From Catajapyx aquilonaris (lineage: Eukaryota), in NCBI GenBank assembly GCA_000934665.2, contig KZ538805.1:1-46744 (forward strand): a DNA stretch of 46,744 nucleotides, written 5' to 3'. Below are positions 1-13,510 of this stretch, one piece after another; the stretch's first letter is position 1; each line of letters begins with the position of its first letter. A model generated the notes under the pieces. That model had not been told where the DNA came from and ran no database searches. It saw only the letters and a list, made by a program, of their open reading frames with translations. The position numbers and the translations under genes were made by a program.

Positions 1-380
1 AATTTGGGAGTTTTACGAAGTTTTCCGAAGTGCCAGAAAGCCGCAAATAAGTATTAATTTATTTCTCGCAAAGTACGACGATTTCAGCAAATTCGTCCGG
101 CATGGTTCTCATGGTTGTTATTCCGCATATTTTCACGCATTTCATAATCAAATCAGCCTAAAAGTTGGGCGGCAGTAGTCCAATTTCGAGTTATTATAGC
201 CCTTTTTGGGAAATTAATTTAGGGACTTCTAGACGAGTAAAATGGTTCCAGACACATTCATAGGGTTTTCCCAGATCTCGTAAGTATAGCTGTTATTATT
301 TTCAAAATATCCTGTCCGTATCTTTGGAGTACGCGTAAGCCAAAAACTGTGTGGTTCGGGCCGATCTGGGGCCGAAGGGG
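1..380. mobile_element. Right arm of a piggyBac-type foldback MITE, truncated by the window edge
   Basis: Ends ...GCCGAAGGGG followed by TTAA (381-384); near-identical to the reverse complement of 34893-35273. Confidence 0.85.
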
Positions 381-1788
381 TTAACTGATCCGTCGGATAT
401 CTATCTAGACTGACACTGCGATGTAGTTTGCATTGGGTGGAATATTGTAAATTGCTTCATATACTGAGGGAATTATTTCTGCTTCACCGCAGTATTTCAT
501 CCCCTTTCACTGTATGAGGTTTCAAAATCATTCGGTGTAATAGAGCCTAATTAGGGAGTGACGGTCCCAAGTGAGGCATATGATTCCAAAATGGGGAGGG
601 GGGGGGGGAACTCATGGGCCTACTATTGTTACCTACAAGTTTCGACCTGCAATAAAAACGGGGAACCAGGTGTAGCCTACTTGTATATTCCGAGTGGTAA
701 AATAACTAACGAATTGGCAAAGTTGGTGACTGTGGGAATCACTGACGAAATAATTTCTCCTGAATAACTATTGTTGGTTTTAAAATGATCCTAATATCTC
801 AATCGATCCCACGGTGATTGTAAATCAATATTTTCGATACGTGTGTAACTTTTTTTAAATTTCCACATTATTTTCACACAGTTATCGGAAAACTGGCGCT
901 GGCGGGTGCAAGTAACTTGATCCTGTAAGTCACGCATCCCTGCGAACAAGGGAAGTGCAAGGGAAGCTCTGGAGAGTCAGGATAAACTCCTGGTCATTCC
1001 TCCAACGCCCTAATACAGTACTGTATTTCGTCTTCTTGACCAGTTCTTGACCAGTTCTTGACCACTGCCATAGAAAATCTCAGAGAAAGGTGGTACCAAT
1101 GAGATATTCTGACGTCATGTGCATTGAAGAGCATTTATGCCTTCGCCGATTTGAGTCCTGTATAATATCAAATATTGCCGAAGACATGTGACACATTTTT
1201 AAAATAATTAACTTGATTTGAAATTGAACAAGCGAAAGACATGGAAGAATGCTGATGTATCACATAATAACAGAAGTGCTTGGAATTTGTATGGAATAGA
1301 CTGGACAATTCAAAAACAATACTGCTGGGTATGATTATTCATGAGACCTACCGGTATTCGCGTTGTCACAAATAAATATTTTACCAGCAGGAATTTTCAG
1401 TAATTATGTCAATTTATGATAACCTTGCATGTAACTGTCACAATACAAATAATTGCATTGATTCATATTGTCCCCGCGTACTGATATTCAAATAATGTCT
1501 TCATTTACCAAGTTTAGCTGTGTAATAAATGATTCCATTGCATTGGTCTGATATAAGTATTCATTGCGATCGTATTTTCGACCCTCATTATACGGTCGAG
1601 GTTTTATATTTTATTCACTTGTAAAATGTACCGTACTGTATAAAGGTATTGGCTTGAAAGAATTGTTTAGATTAAAAATAATGAATCACCTGCATTTATA
1701 ATTACATTATTTGATCATTGTCACAAATTGATAATACAATTAAGGTAATCTTGTTTGGATTGTTACGTTAATCCTGATAAGCAGACGA

Positions 1789-1789
<1 letters not shown>

Positions 1790-1855
<66 letters not shown>
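1790..1855. repeat. (AAT)n microsatellite
   Basis: About 22 perfect AAT units. Confidence 0.95.
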
Positions 1856-3160
1856 TGATTACTTTTACCAACACTGCGTAAAGTTCAGTATTCTCATGGT
1901 TCATATTCCCTAGGGCGGATCCCTATACACGGTGAACTTAGAAAGTTTATTTATTTCCTCTCGGGAACACCATAACTGCTAGAATATGGAATATTTATGT
2001 GCATTTAATCCGTTTGTCACCGTAATAAATAATGATCGCGGTACCTGGAGCAGTCCACTAACTTTTCCTGCACGGAATCACCTTAATCCCTTAAATCCGC
2101 ATGTTACGTACTTGCTCTAGTAATCTGCGATCCCCAACGTTATTTCCAACCGGCTCCGCTACAAAAGTAGTCGGGAATGGCATACCAGTAACTGTTCAGC
2201 TACTCCGTCATATTATCTTGAATAATGGTCAAAAAGGAAATTGTGCAATACAGTAACATTTAAATAAAAACAATCATGCACGGTAATTGGGATAATTACT
2301 CTGCAAAATTAAAGAAAACCGTTGACTTTTGAGACGACATAGCACTGCAAACGTAGGCTAAATGTCATAGTTCACTGGAAAGGATTGACTGTATGGAAGT
2401 TATTTCGACTTATTCATCTCCATAATACGAGATAAGACTAGCTTTTGAATACTTTGGAAACCCAACATAGCTCTTATCTTCAGAACTGAGGGAATTTTCA
2501 CAGATGTCCCTAGTTCTATTTACATCTCCTGCCTTTCATATGCAATGTTACTCTCTTCTATTCACAAATATTCAAAACTCTGAGACCCTTTCTGAGCTCT
2601 GGTGTTACGTGTTAGAACTTAGAAGACTAGTTAAATATGCTGTGACCCGGCAGTCAAGCTGATGTGCCCCCCACGTTTGGTTTTTATCCCCACAAAAATT
2701 GACTTGTCATTGGACTCGCAGCTAACTTTCTGGGTACTTCTGTGGAGTGAGAGTTGTTGCCATATCACAATAGTGTACTATGTTTCTCATTAAAATATAC
2801 ACTATAGCTAGGCTTTCAAAACATAGGTAATTATTTTATAGAAATTTCTTACTCATCAGGCCTCTACGGCCCAGAGATTTCCACAAATATGAGAAAGCAT
2901 GTATGGTACTGTTGGCACTCACTTTTATCATCATCTGAACAAATAAAATCTATGTAGTAATTTTATATAAGTCAAACAAGACAAGATAAAATATTCTACA
3001 CATGTGAAAAAAAAACCATGAAGAAATGCAAAAAGTGAATAATTTTTGCCTTTTTCACATTCTTGAGAATGCAGCTTAACAGGATTCCATGGCGACATTT
3101 TAAATGCATCATTCTGTTGGAAATATTTTAACTTACTCTGCTATTACTTTGTGTTGGCAG

Positions 3161-3350
3161 GCGGAACTGAATCGGTCCAACCCTCCAGATGCCTTTGTGA
3201 TAATGTACTCAGTGATTGACAAGGCAAGCTTCCAGAGAGCAGAGAGTGAATTGGAAAGATTGCAGGACTGGGAGCTGTTGCGAAGCAGAGCTGTCATCCT
3301 TGTTGGAAACAAGGTGGATCTAGTTCGGAGTCGAGCAGTTTCCACACAAG
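3161..3350 (+). CDS. RGK-family (Rad/Gem/Rem) small GTPase, penultimate exon
   Basis: ggcag| acceptor and G|gtatga donor; translates to DAFVIMYSVIDKASF...VILVGNKVDLVRSR, containing the G4 NKxD motif typical of RGK proteins; upstream exons not found in the window. Confidence 0.92.
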
Positions 3351-3406
3351 GTATGATTTAAGTGAGTGCTTTATGCAATTTTATGACTGGTCTTCATTTC
3401 TCGCAG

Positions 3407-3678
3407 ATGGAAAATGCTTGGCATGCACATACCGTGTCAAATTCATTGAGATCTCAGTGGGCATCAATCACAATGTGGATGAGCTGCTGGTGGGCATCTT
3501 GAATCAGATCCGACTGAAATTTGCCCAGGACCGAAGCCAGCTAGAGCGGGACAGCCAGCACTGGTATAAGAGTCGTGGAGTGGTTCGTGCTTCCATGAAG
3601 GCCCGGCAGGTATTCACTTGGCTCTTTGGAAAAGAAGACTCCAAGTTCAAGAACTGCGAAAATCTACATGTCTTGTGA
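3407..3678 (+). CDS. RGK-family GTPase, last exon
   Basis: 56-nt GT-AG intron with matching phase; GKCLAC...KFIEISVGINHNVDELLVGILNQIRL and the RGK-type C-terminus KNCENLHVL*. Confidence 0.92.
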
Positions 3679-4581
3679 GAAGCAGATCGGCCCACTAATG
3701 CTCTCCTCCCAACATTTGTGTGACGACATGTCGCGACGAGTGATCCAAAGGCTTGACATGAAGTGACTCTTGAATGGTTACAAAGCTCACCTCATGAAAA
3801 GTGAACCTCAGCACATCACTGTACAGAATGCTAACAGAAATGCTGAGATGGCACTCTGTGTCGCAATGTGTCGTCAAGATACTTCTCTTAAGTGTAAAAT
3901 GCCAGAGGAAGAAGAGTTTCATCTCGAGTAAGGCTTCCAAAGCAATGCCAATGGATACGTCCCTGGGGGCAGGAGCAATCCGGTGGTACTCCACTCACTG
4001 TTTGAACCAAGTCTGATCAAAATGGACAGGTTGTGCATTTTCATACTGCTGCCAACTCTGACCAATTGTGTAATCAGTATGTTAGTGAGTACCATGTCGG
4101 CACAGTTGTCCACATAAGCAGTACATAGGTATATTTTAATAGCTCATTGTGGCATATGCTCTAGGGAACGCACCATTTTTGTTTTTAGTTTCGCTTTTTT
4201 TTTAAACATACAGTACATGCACCCCTTTGATGGGCACTGCCATGCGTAACAGACAAACCAACCGTATGCTACAAATAGCTGCTAGGCATCTGCCATGTGG
4301 GACTGGCCATGGAACCAACAATTTGGTCTGACCATTTTTGCTTCATGAATACCCAATTCATTATCAAGTGCCTTTAACTGTCTCGACATCTAAATCAGAT
4401 GAGACATTCACAACTGGCCAATCAGTTGCGCATCAGTCCCTTAACAAGGCCCTAAGCAAGACTGACATTAGGGAGAAAATAGTCGCAGTATGGTGCAGCT
4501 AGCCTACGCAGATTAGATCAAAGAGGGTGCATCATAATAGTGTCAATATGTTAGTCACATATGGCTATATCTATTGTACTT

Positions 4582-4582
<1 letters not shown>

Positions 4583-4644
<62 letters not shown>
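4583..4644. repeat. (TTA)n microsatellite
   Basis: About 20 perfect units. Confidence 0.95.
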
Positions 4645-5445
4645 GTTGACATTTAATTTTATAAACTACTGTCATTAAGTTGATCTAGACTTTGTACGAG
4701 GAGGCTGATAAGCTCTAATATGCTATTTTTTTTTTGTTTTACTTGTGTGTCACATTTGGCAAGCTTCAAGTGTTACTCGTAGCATTTGCAATGTTCCAAG
4801 TAAATGTGCATTGAGGATGCGTGCGAGTGAATTATAATTATTATAACTACTGTCATTTGTTTTTACAATGGAGTTGCCAACAGGTGGGCAGAAGCATGAA
4901 TATTCATGCTTTGGCACATTTCATTTCCCTCCAGTCAGTGGTGGTGAGCAGGGGTGAAGAGTGATATAGCAATGGTGATGATGTCTATACAGTGCTACTG
5001 TCACTATTAGTGTAACCATGTCTCCAGTACTAGTCTCATGTTTTGTGTCCCAAGAAGTATCTACCAAAGGCAGTGGAGAACACTTTCTCCAGCTTTATCC
5101 CGTGAAAGACCAATGTGTCAAGTCCACTGAGCCCCAAAGTTGAGGAGAATAACATCTGCAAGTATAATGTCTAATTGCCATGAGCCATGGAGCACATTTC
5201 AGTAGCTCCTCACCCTTGGTACTCTTCTATTGTGTGCACTTCACTGGAAGTGCACGCCCTTTGAAACTGGCTGCAAGTTCATGCAGTATAAGCAGGAGTC
5301 ATTACAACACTTGCAGTTTAATATCATTAATTTATTGTTTTGCTTTTATTACTTGTTTTCACTTTGAAAGGAACTGACGCGGTGATGCAGCTGCTTCCTT
5401 TGCCACACGTGATGGACAGTGTTGAGGACGACAATAAAGATGCCC

Positions 5446-5616
5446 TCATTTATCTGCAACTATTTTCTTTGACCCATCCTTTAACAACAAACGGTGGCCT
5501 TTAGGTTTGAGCTTGTTGGCCAAAATTGCCTCCGTTTCTTCCTTCTTCTCTTGCTGCAACTTTGCATGGCGTTCAACAGCAAAGTCCACTTCTTTCACCA
5601 GTTCTACGATTCTCTT
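5446..5616 (-). CDS. mRpL52: Mitochondrial ribosomal protein L52, exon 4 (last)
   Basis: ttgcag| acceptor, phase 0; KRIVELVKEVDFAVERHAK...ILANKLKPKG matches the mL52 C-terminal pattern. Confidence 0.9.
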   Translation of the reverse strand, partial: KRIVELVKEVDFAVERHAKLQQEKKEETEAILANKLKPKGHRLLLKDGSKKIVADK

Positions 5617-5841
5617 CTGCAAGATAAGAAACAACATCTTGTGTTTATGGACACAATCAAACTTAGACACTTGCATGAAAAATTGTTACAAAGAGGCTGA
5701 CCAACACAGTAATACCTGAAATGGCAAGTTACCACTGATTAAATTTAAATAATATTTGAAATCCTCACTATTTAGGATTGAATAATACGTTTTAAAATGG
5801 CACCGGATGTAGTGGGTGTCAAGTGTGAAGAAATTAATTCA

Positions 5842-6640
5842 TACTGTCTAATATATTTTACACACACATCATGAAGCCCCCTTCTCCACCACCTTTCCAT
5901 CCCTCCACGGACTGTACGTGTTACCAACCTAACGTGGTCACCGCTGTCACCATTAATGCAATATATAGTCAACACTGTTCCTTCCATTAACACTCACATT
6001 ATAATTGATATCACCGAAGCAGTTTGGAAGAGGGGATATGGTGTCCGACTGCTAATCGGGAGGCCCTGGGATCAAATCCCGGGGCCGGCAACTCTGACCG
6101 TGGTTTTCTGTGGTTTCCCACGGTCCTTCCAGGAAAATTCCGGAGTTGCTTCCGTAATTAATAGGCCACAGCCGCTTCCTTCCGTCCCTATCCTATCCCA
6201 AAGAGCAGAGTAAAATGAAAAGCAAAGAGTTCCAGGCAAAACAAACTTCCCCCCTAAAGAGCCGATGGCTGATAACGGGGTATGAATTATGCATTATTAT
6301 AATAATAATTTATATCGCAAATATATGCCGTATCATAATTATGATTACAACATTGTTTGTGATACATTGTCTGAGATGGGCAGGGGTGGGGTGTGGGACG
6401 GGTAATTTATAGTTTTATTTTCACAAGTTTTAATTTAGTTCATATGTTGGGTTAACTTGCGTCTCCCTTCATCGCTGACTACCCCTCATAGGGAAATGTC
6501 GTGATGTTGTTGTTGTTGTTGTTTGTGATACCACATGTGTGAAGTTAGGTTGGTAACATGTACAGTCCGTGGAGGGGTGGACAGGTGGAGGAGAAGGGGG
6601 CTCGGTGACGTTTGTTGGGAGTAAAATAAATTAAAAAGTA
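5842..6640. mobile_element. Diverged inverted-repeat element hosting a SINE insertion
   Basis: 5842-5935 is an imperfect inverted repeat of 6543-6640; its internal segment 6365-6510 recurs inverted at 15425-15560. Confidence 0.55.
6013..6304 (+). mobile_element. tRNA-derived SINE, family A, tail type 1
   Basis: ACCGAAGCAG head, degenerate B box, GGCCACAGCCGCTTCCTTCC core; TSD ataatt(g/t)atatc at 6001-6012 and 6305-6316. Confidence 0.85.
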
Positions 6641-6645
6641 ACTTA

Positions 6646-7342
6646 AGGCAGTTTGTCAATAGATGGAATTTGAGTCAGATAGCAGCATTGAAAGATGGCA
6701 GTGAACTTTCAGACATGCACCAGAGAAAACTAAGGAGCTGTTATTTTATTTCATGCATTGAAGGGACAAATTCCATCCAAATGGATCAGAGGCAGGCTCT
6801 CTGTAGATGTGTCATGCATCTTGCAGTCACTTGTGTACAAGCAGGGTAAATATTTGAAGATGGTGAAAGACTGACACACCATGCCAGGCGAAGCAAACTG
6901 TAACACATGGAATTTTTACACCATTTGTAGATATATTACTGTGAAACACATCACAGATCTACATCATGTGTGCAGTCTCCAATACATTTTGATGGGTGTT
7001 GTCTCCTTTGATGCATAAAAACTAATAAGATCTCACTGCTCCTCCTTGTTGGATGGCTGAAGGGGCACTGCCATCTTTATAAAGCTTTTCCAACTCACAC
7101 TTCACCAATCAACAAATTGCCAGAAGTCATGAGTAACATAATGTATGAATCTGAAACTGTCTCTCTCAAACATTATGCCAATTGGTGAGTTTTAAGCATT
7201 TTTCTTCCATGTTCATAATTTTAGCACTCAACTCTTCTTTGGTGTATTTCTGAAGGGCTGTGCCTCCATCTTTAACACAGCTGCTGTCTCACGCACACTC
7301 CACTATTGACAAACTGCTTGAAAGTTTGAGTACCCTACGAGT
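6646..7342 (+). mobile_element. Decayed mariner-derived element
   Basis: GCAGTTTGTCAATAG / CTATTGACAAACTGC and AAAGATGGCAGTG / CACTGCCATCTTT inverted pairs; interior resembles a degraded mariner N-terminal coding region. Confidence 0.45.
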
Positions 7343-7547
7343 CTGTAACTGTTTCTCTTGAACAGCATCAAAACAGGCTAGTTTAAAAAGTTTGATAACA
7401 CTAAAACTTTTTATTCAACCTACCCTTCCATACGTACCATATATTAAATTAGTAATGAAATGTTTAATGTGGTACACAGCAATCAAACACAAGTGAACAT
7501 TCTTGTTTTTATAACTAACTTTCTCTTCATTAGGACTGCGAGTTCTA

Positions 7548-8098
7548 CAGGGTGTTTCAGAGTCACGGGTCAAGCACGCGCAAGGGGGTGGGGAAAAATC
7601 GTAGGTGGCGACTACCCGGGTCGGTTTTATAAAACAATTAGAAATACGGGAGTAATCAATTATTTTATTACAGCGTGACGTCACATCCTTTCTGTTCGAA
7701 TTGACTGGCGCGGACTGGCAGGTGCCGTGGGTTGAACCTGGTTGAAAGGCTTTTTAGCCTTGCGGGTTGCACTGAAAAAGGCGCTCTCACCGGTAAGCTA
7801 CTGTACACTACTGTACAGTAGTACACTACATTGTACAGTACCCTCCCGGTATAGCATGACAGCGCCTTTTTCAGTGCAACTGCCAAGGCTAAAAAGCCGT
7901 TCAACCAGGTTCAACCCGCAGCACCTGCCAGTCCATGCCAGTCAATTCGAACAGAAAGGATGTGACGTCACGCCGTAATAAAATAATTGATTGCTCCCGT
8001 ATTTCTAATTGTTTTATAAAACCGACCGGGGTTGTCGCCACGTATGATTTTTCCCCACCCCCTCGCGCGCGCTTAACCCATGACTGTGAAACACCCTG
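7548..8098. mobile_element. Tc1/mariner-type foldback MITE
   Basis: TA|CAGGGTGTTTCA...TGAAACACCCTG|TA; arms of about 245 bp are highly similar inverted repeats. Confidence 0.9.
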
Positions 8099-8633
8099 TA
8101 TATTTGATAGTGCATACAGAATTTTAGACCTATACTTTAATCACTGGGTTTTTTATCATGACATGCAGCGCCGGATTTACGGTAAGACAACCTAGGCAGT
8201 TGCCTAGGGTGGCAGATTTCAAGGGGTGGCAAATTTAGGGATACAAAAAAAGCAGAAGAAAAATTAAAAATAAATAGTTAAGCGACAGGAAGTAGGCTTA
8301 CGTACAAGACTGAGAGAGTAGAGAGGAGATTCAGGGGGACAAAGGGCGGCATTCGGTAAGCCCTTGCCAGTTGACGATCAGAGTTTCCGCCTCTTCCGTT
8401 GATCAGGGACGAAAGAGTGAGTGGGATGGAAAGGAGGAACATTGGAAGGAAGTTCCAGTACAGGACGTGGCTCTTCCCAAGTCCTGGTGCAAGGGTTGCA
8501 TTCAGCTAGTGAAGGTATACACAATATGTGTGTTTTCTACTCCGCGCAGCTCCTGTTACAGGATTCAAGACTGAAATTATCATTGGTTTTGCACTCACGG
8601 CTACCGTGACCCCTACAGTATTAGTGCGTTTAA

Positions 8634-8866
8634 AGGGTGGTATCCACTGCTCAATATCATGGGGGTTCAACCCGTTCAACCCCTTGAATCAACCCTTTGA
8701 GGGGCTTGAACCGAGTAGAGCATGGCCTTACTTGATTCAACCCATTGAATTCAAGGGGTTGAATCAAGTAGGGCCGTGCTCTACTCGGTTCAAGCCCGCT
8801 CAAGGGGTTGATTCAAGGGGTTGGACAGGTTGAAACCCCTTGATATTGAGCAGTGGATACCAGCCT
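8634..8866. mobile_element. PIF/Harbinger-type palindromic MITE
   Basis: TAA|AGGGTGGTATCCACTG...CAGTGGATACCAGCCT|TAA; palindromic almost to the centre. Confidence 0.85.
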
Positions 8867-8935
8867 TAATAGTCCTTCTGTCCTTGCTTTGTATCAATAC
8901 AATAGAATCAGAGAACTCAAAACTACGCTATGTTG

Positions 8936-9680
8936 CATTTTCAAGATAAACCAAACTCGACCTTATTAAATAAAGCCTATAATAACGAAAATACAGATCT
9001 CACATACATGATATTGGTATTCACGGAAAGATGTGTCAAAACTGTCGACATACCAGGTGGTACGACCCCCTTGAGTTGAACTATGACTGAATGACAATCG
9101 GCAGTTTGACCCCCTCGCAGAGGCTGAAAAAAACACAGCGTGGTCTTGATTTTCACACTGTCATGGAACGTAAAAACCACTCTATGTTGAGCGAAAATCC
9201 TATTTATGGTGCACATAACTTGCAATTATATTTGCAGAATAGAGTGCGGGATAAATAGTTATGATGAAACTGAACCCATACCAGTTGCTTCGACCCACTT
9301 CTCCTGCTCGAGCCATGAGTGTCGCACCACCTGGTAAATGGGTTAAGTTTCTCCAGAACTATTTATCCCACACTCTATTCTGCAAATATAATTGCAAGTT
9401 ACATGCACCACGAATTTGATTTTCGCTTAACATAGTGTGGTTTTACGTTCTGAGACAGTGTGGAAATCAAAACTGCGCTATGTGTTTTTTCGGGCTCTGT
9501 GGGGGATCCAACTGTCACTTGTCATTCAGTAGTTGTTCAACTCAAGGGGGTTGTACCACCTACCATGTGGACAGTTTTGCCGCATCTATCCACAGATACC
9601 AATATCACGCATGTGAGATCTGTATTTTCATTATTATAGACTTCGTTCAATAAGGTCGAGATTTACTTATCTTGAAAATG
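8936..9680. mobile_element. Older ~745-bp foldback element, superfamily unassigned
   Basis: CATTTTCAAGATAA...TTATCTTGAAAATG; diverged inverted arms can be followed inward to about 9290 and 9325; no clear TSD. Confidence 0.75.
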
Positions 9681-11509
9681 TTATAGATCCAGTATTGTCT
9701 GAATACTGTCGAACATGTATAATTTCCGATTTGCACAATTCAAACCTGCTTATCCCTAGAATCATAGATAATGTGAAGAGAAGCACCAAGAATGTGCTGC
9801 CACCTTTCATTGAATTTGCGAATTATACGGATGTTTTGAACTGGCACCTTATTCAAATAACCGAGTCTGAGGAACGTTTTCATGGAAGAGCATGACTATG
9901 AAAGAGCCAGGTTTTACTGCAGGCCCCCTCCCCACATGTACTGTATCACCAGCTGAATAATATGTGCACCTGTCTGAGGAGGTGAAAAAGTTGTGCACTT
10001 GCATTTCCTCTTTCTAAATATTCAATTTGTGATCGATGTGCAAAATACAAGGGCCAGTCAGAAAATAAGCTTTGTGTTGCTTCAGTTTCGATGCCTTGCG
10101 ACGGGCAGGAAAAAGAGGAGTATGAGCTAGTACGTCATCCTTCCGGCGGCAGCCCACCCATCTGCTGCCAGGAACAGTCATGCCAGACAGAGAGTGTTGG
10201 TCACATGGACTAAGGCACAAGTTAGGACACTTGAGGACACTGTCGGTAATTGCTATGGCCGGTAGTCTGGGTCTCAAGTTGTCCTTCACGCTCGCAAGCT
10301 TATTCTGGAATTGCTGGCACCATTTTCTCAGCCATGGCATCTCCGGATCATACACTCCACTAGCCAGCGATGAATGTTATGTTGTATGTTGACCACTGGT
10401 AGCGAACATCTGCCTTCACTTCTGCCTTAGGCCATGTGACCAACATTCTCTGTCTGGCCTGCAAAAAGCTACAAGAAGACGGGGATCCATTCAGTTCAAG
10501 CAGGGTTAATTTCTTGGAAGTGAAAACATGTGCAGCAAGGGTAGAAGGGCCTATCTGGGCAGGACATGTTGAAACATTTTTTCCATAATATCGTGGGAGT
10601 CCGGACAAAATTGCGTTGTGGTCCACCAGTTGAATAACTCTGCCCTAGGGAGCACTGCTACACATATGCCTCATTTAGTAATTTACTGTTCCATACATTT
10701 TTGGTGCGTCACCAGTGGGTGGGAAGGTGGCCTGCATACCACCCTCTGACCAGGAGGCTCTGATCATACCCGTTCCACCCTTGGGCCTTGACCTCCCCTA
10801 CCCGTAAACTGGTTTTTATTTTATCCCTACCTGGAGCAGAAAGTGGGAAGTGGTTCGCAATGCTGCTAAAAAAAATAACACATGAGAATGAATGAAATTT
10901 GGTAGCGGACTTAAATTTAGCGGAAGCTAATTGGTCCGCTAATGGTTTACAAAGTTAGCGAAAACACTAATCAGCTAACAAAAAAGTTCGTCCCGCTAAT
11001 TAGCAGATTAGCGGAACCCTGCCCACCACTTAATACTGTGCTCAGAACGAAATAGTGGCCCAGGCCTAGACTGGTCCAGTTTACTCAATGCTGTGTAAAT
11101 GGCCTCAATTACTTTGTTCCAATTGGCATGTCTGTTTCAGTTAGAAATTGTTTTGCAGTATGCTATTATGAATTAAGTCAATTTCAACCAATTACGTTTA
11201 TGAGTTATTTAAAATATATTAGGTTGAATGAGCATCTTTTTAACCACTGCAACTGCAAAAAAATATGACCAACTACTGAATGAGTTCAAAATGGTTCATT
11301 CACTATGTTTAAACTTGAAGATTCACTGCATTTCAGTGCTGATGGAACACTACCTATCATCCTAATATAAACAGCAAATACTTTCGAAGCCCTTAATAAC
11401 ACATACACATGATGGAGATGGACTGATCAAGCAACCCAATAAGTTCAGTGTAAAACTAGTAATGGCTCTGTCTCAACAAGAAAATAGGCTATTGTAAACG
11501 GCCGGACAT

Positions 11510-11602
11510 AATAGCAGTCCCTTGGAAATTTTCCAATGTGGGCGTGAGTGGCGATCTCCACTCGCACCGCCCACGTAGGAAAATTTCCAAGGGACTGTTG
11601 TA
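11510..11602. repeat. Short hairpin / micro-MITE in mRpL52 intron 3
   Basis: CAGTCCCTTGGAAATTTTCC...GGAAAATTTCCAAGGGACTG with inner pairing. Confidence 0.75.
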
Positions 11603-11982
11603 CAGTAGAGTGCTCAAAATTATAACATTTGCCCCTGTACATGTTGGGGCTGACTCATCCCCGGTTTTACACTGAACACATTGGACCTCCTTACACAGTC
11701 TCTCTCCATCACTGTTCATGACTTGTTTAAAAGGAACTTCTTAATAATAAGCAATATAACTTAATACAGGATACTGGCTAACTACAACACACAATTCAAT
11801 TGTAATAGACTGTATAAGTCACAACCCAGATAATTTTATCATTGATACTAATGTTGGGGAATGAGAACTGCCAGATTATCCCATATTACACAATTTCCTT
11901 ACTAATATTCCTGTCTACTAACATGACTTATCAAGAGTGCTATAGTGCATGGTAAATTTCATATAACAGGTCATGCACTAAC

Positions 11983-12115
11983 CGCATACTGCATTTGCTC
12001 CAGAATGCGCCTCTTCTGCGCGATTCGTAATGGTGCAGGCCTCCCATCAGCATAGGACCAATCAGGGCCATCAGTCAGTGGTCCATAGCTGTTTGGGCAG
12101 GCTGGGAGTCCATGC
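11983..12115 (-). CDS. mRpL52: Mitochondrial ribosomal protein L52, exon 3
   Basis: HGLPACPNSYGPLTDGPDWSYADGRPAP, the mL52 signature GPLTDxPDWSyaDGRP; tttag| acceptor and |gttagt donor. Confidence 0.95.
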
Positions 12116-12177
12116 CTAAACAAAATAATTGTAATTATTGATATGTGACAACTTTTCTTGATTCTAGAAATACTCAC

Positions 12178-12241
12178 GCTTTACGCCACTCCTGGCCAGC
12201 CTCATTCACAGGTGTAGAGTGAAAACTGGTGATAACTAGAC
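12178..12241 (-). CDS. mRpL52: Mitochondrial ribosomal protein L52, exon 2
   Basis: ttgcag| ... |gtgagt; LVITSFHSTPVNEAGQEWRKA; phases fit both neighbouring exons; 62-nt intron. Confidence 0.88.
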
Positions 12242-13510
12242 CTGCAATGAGTATGCAGTCAGGTACAGCCCCTTTAGTCCACATGCACGTGCACTTTCTG
12301 CTGCATATTAAAAATTACTTGCAGTGTGTTTGGATGTACATGCACATGCAATTTGTTCCAACCAATCACAACCCAACCAAAAAATCGTAGTACACAAAGT
12401 ATAGTACAGTACCCAGCATGGATTTGCATGATAATATTGTGCACTGAATGAAATGAAATATAAGGTGTTAAAGATTAAATGATATTCAATGAATGGAATA
12501 ATATACAAGGTGTTCCAAGTATGCAGGTTGTTTTTGTGATATGAAATTTACCTGGAATCTGTTATTTTTGTGTAGCATGCTGCGCCCCCGCCCAGGTGCC
12601 CTATTATATTATAAAACTGCCACATTCTACAAACTTAATTTATGGAGCACGCCTGGGAGTAAATTGGTCACTTGTATCGGGTGTAACAAGCTACGCAAAA
12701 ATAATAGCTCCGATGTTTGGGACGTCAAAGACCCTGCTATGATGTATTTTTTCAACGATTGCACTGAAAAGCAAAGAACAGAAGCAACCGCCGCTGCTGC
12801 TTCTGAAATGCATCACATTGACATCCTTCGTCGCTTTCTTTGACCATGCAGAGGCACCTTTGCCTCAGGGCCCAGACTACGAGTATGGTATTGAGATACA
12901 GTACCCGCACCATGTCTCACTCCCACCAAATGCACTCCCGACTGAGTCTGGAAAAACCGTGTTTCGGGGAACACGCTCCCACCTCATTTCTAGTGTAACT
13001 GCTCCTGACCGCGTCTCAGACGTCATCCAAACGGGCTCCAAACGCATTTCACCCGCTAGTGTAAATGCACCCTGTGTGTCATAACACGACATCTGTACCA
13101 CCTCAGTTTTGTGGAGATGTCGCAATAAATGACTCAGTTTCATTTGAATGACCCTCATACAATGTTGTTCACCGAACATTGCTTCAAGGTAAATCCCTGA
13201 GCCAAGCATTCTCTGAATAGTGCTGGTAGGTGGAGATCACAGTGGATTGATCGGATTTACATTCCCACACAAGAGGGATCAAATGTCTGCTTGGCAGGGC
13301 AGTCGAGAAACAACTGACTATATTCCAAACATTCCAAATGTTGGTTGCCTAGCAACTGTTACCTGGATTGCATCAATAGTGATTCGTGCCCTCTAGAAAA
13401 CACATGTCTACATGCTACAACCGAGGCTACAATCCACAACAGCATTCCAAAAAACACACGCATGTATATTTTACGGTTGGTTTCTTCGCCCTGAAAATGG
13501 TTCTGCTTTA

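Noticed and set aside
7415..8195. Mirror-image ORF pairs on opposite strands
   Set aside because: An artefact of the palindromic MITE.
9990..11030. ORFs and hAT-like termini near 10641 and 11030
   Set aside because: Only single ends are visible, with no matching TIR, TSD or transposase motif; probably old repeat debris.
12506..13209. ORFs of 88-110 aa in mRpL52 intron 1, and possible Tc1-like ends at 12506 and 13074
   Set aside because: No motifs are evident, and the putative TIR match is too short to call.
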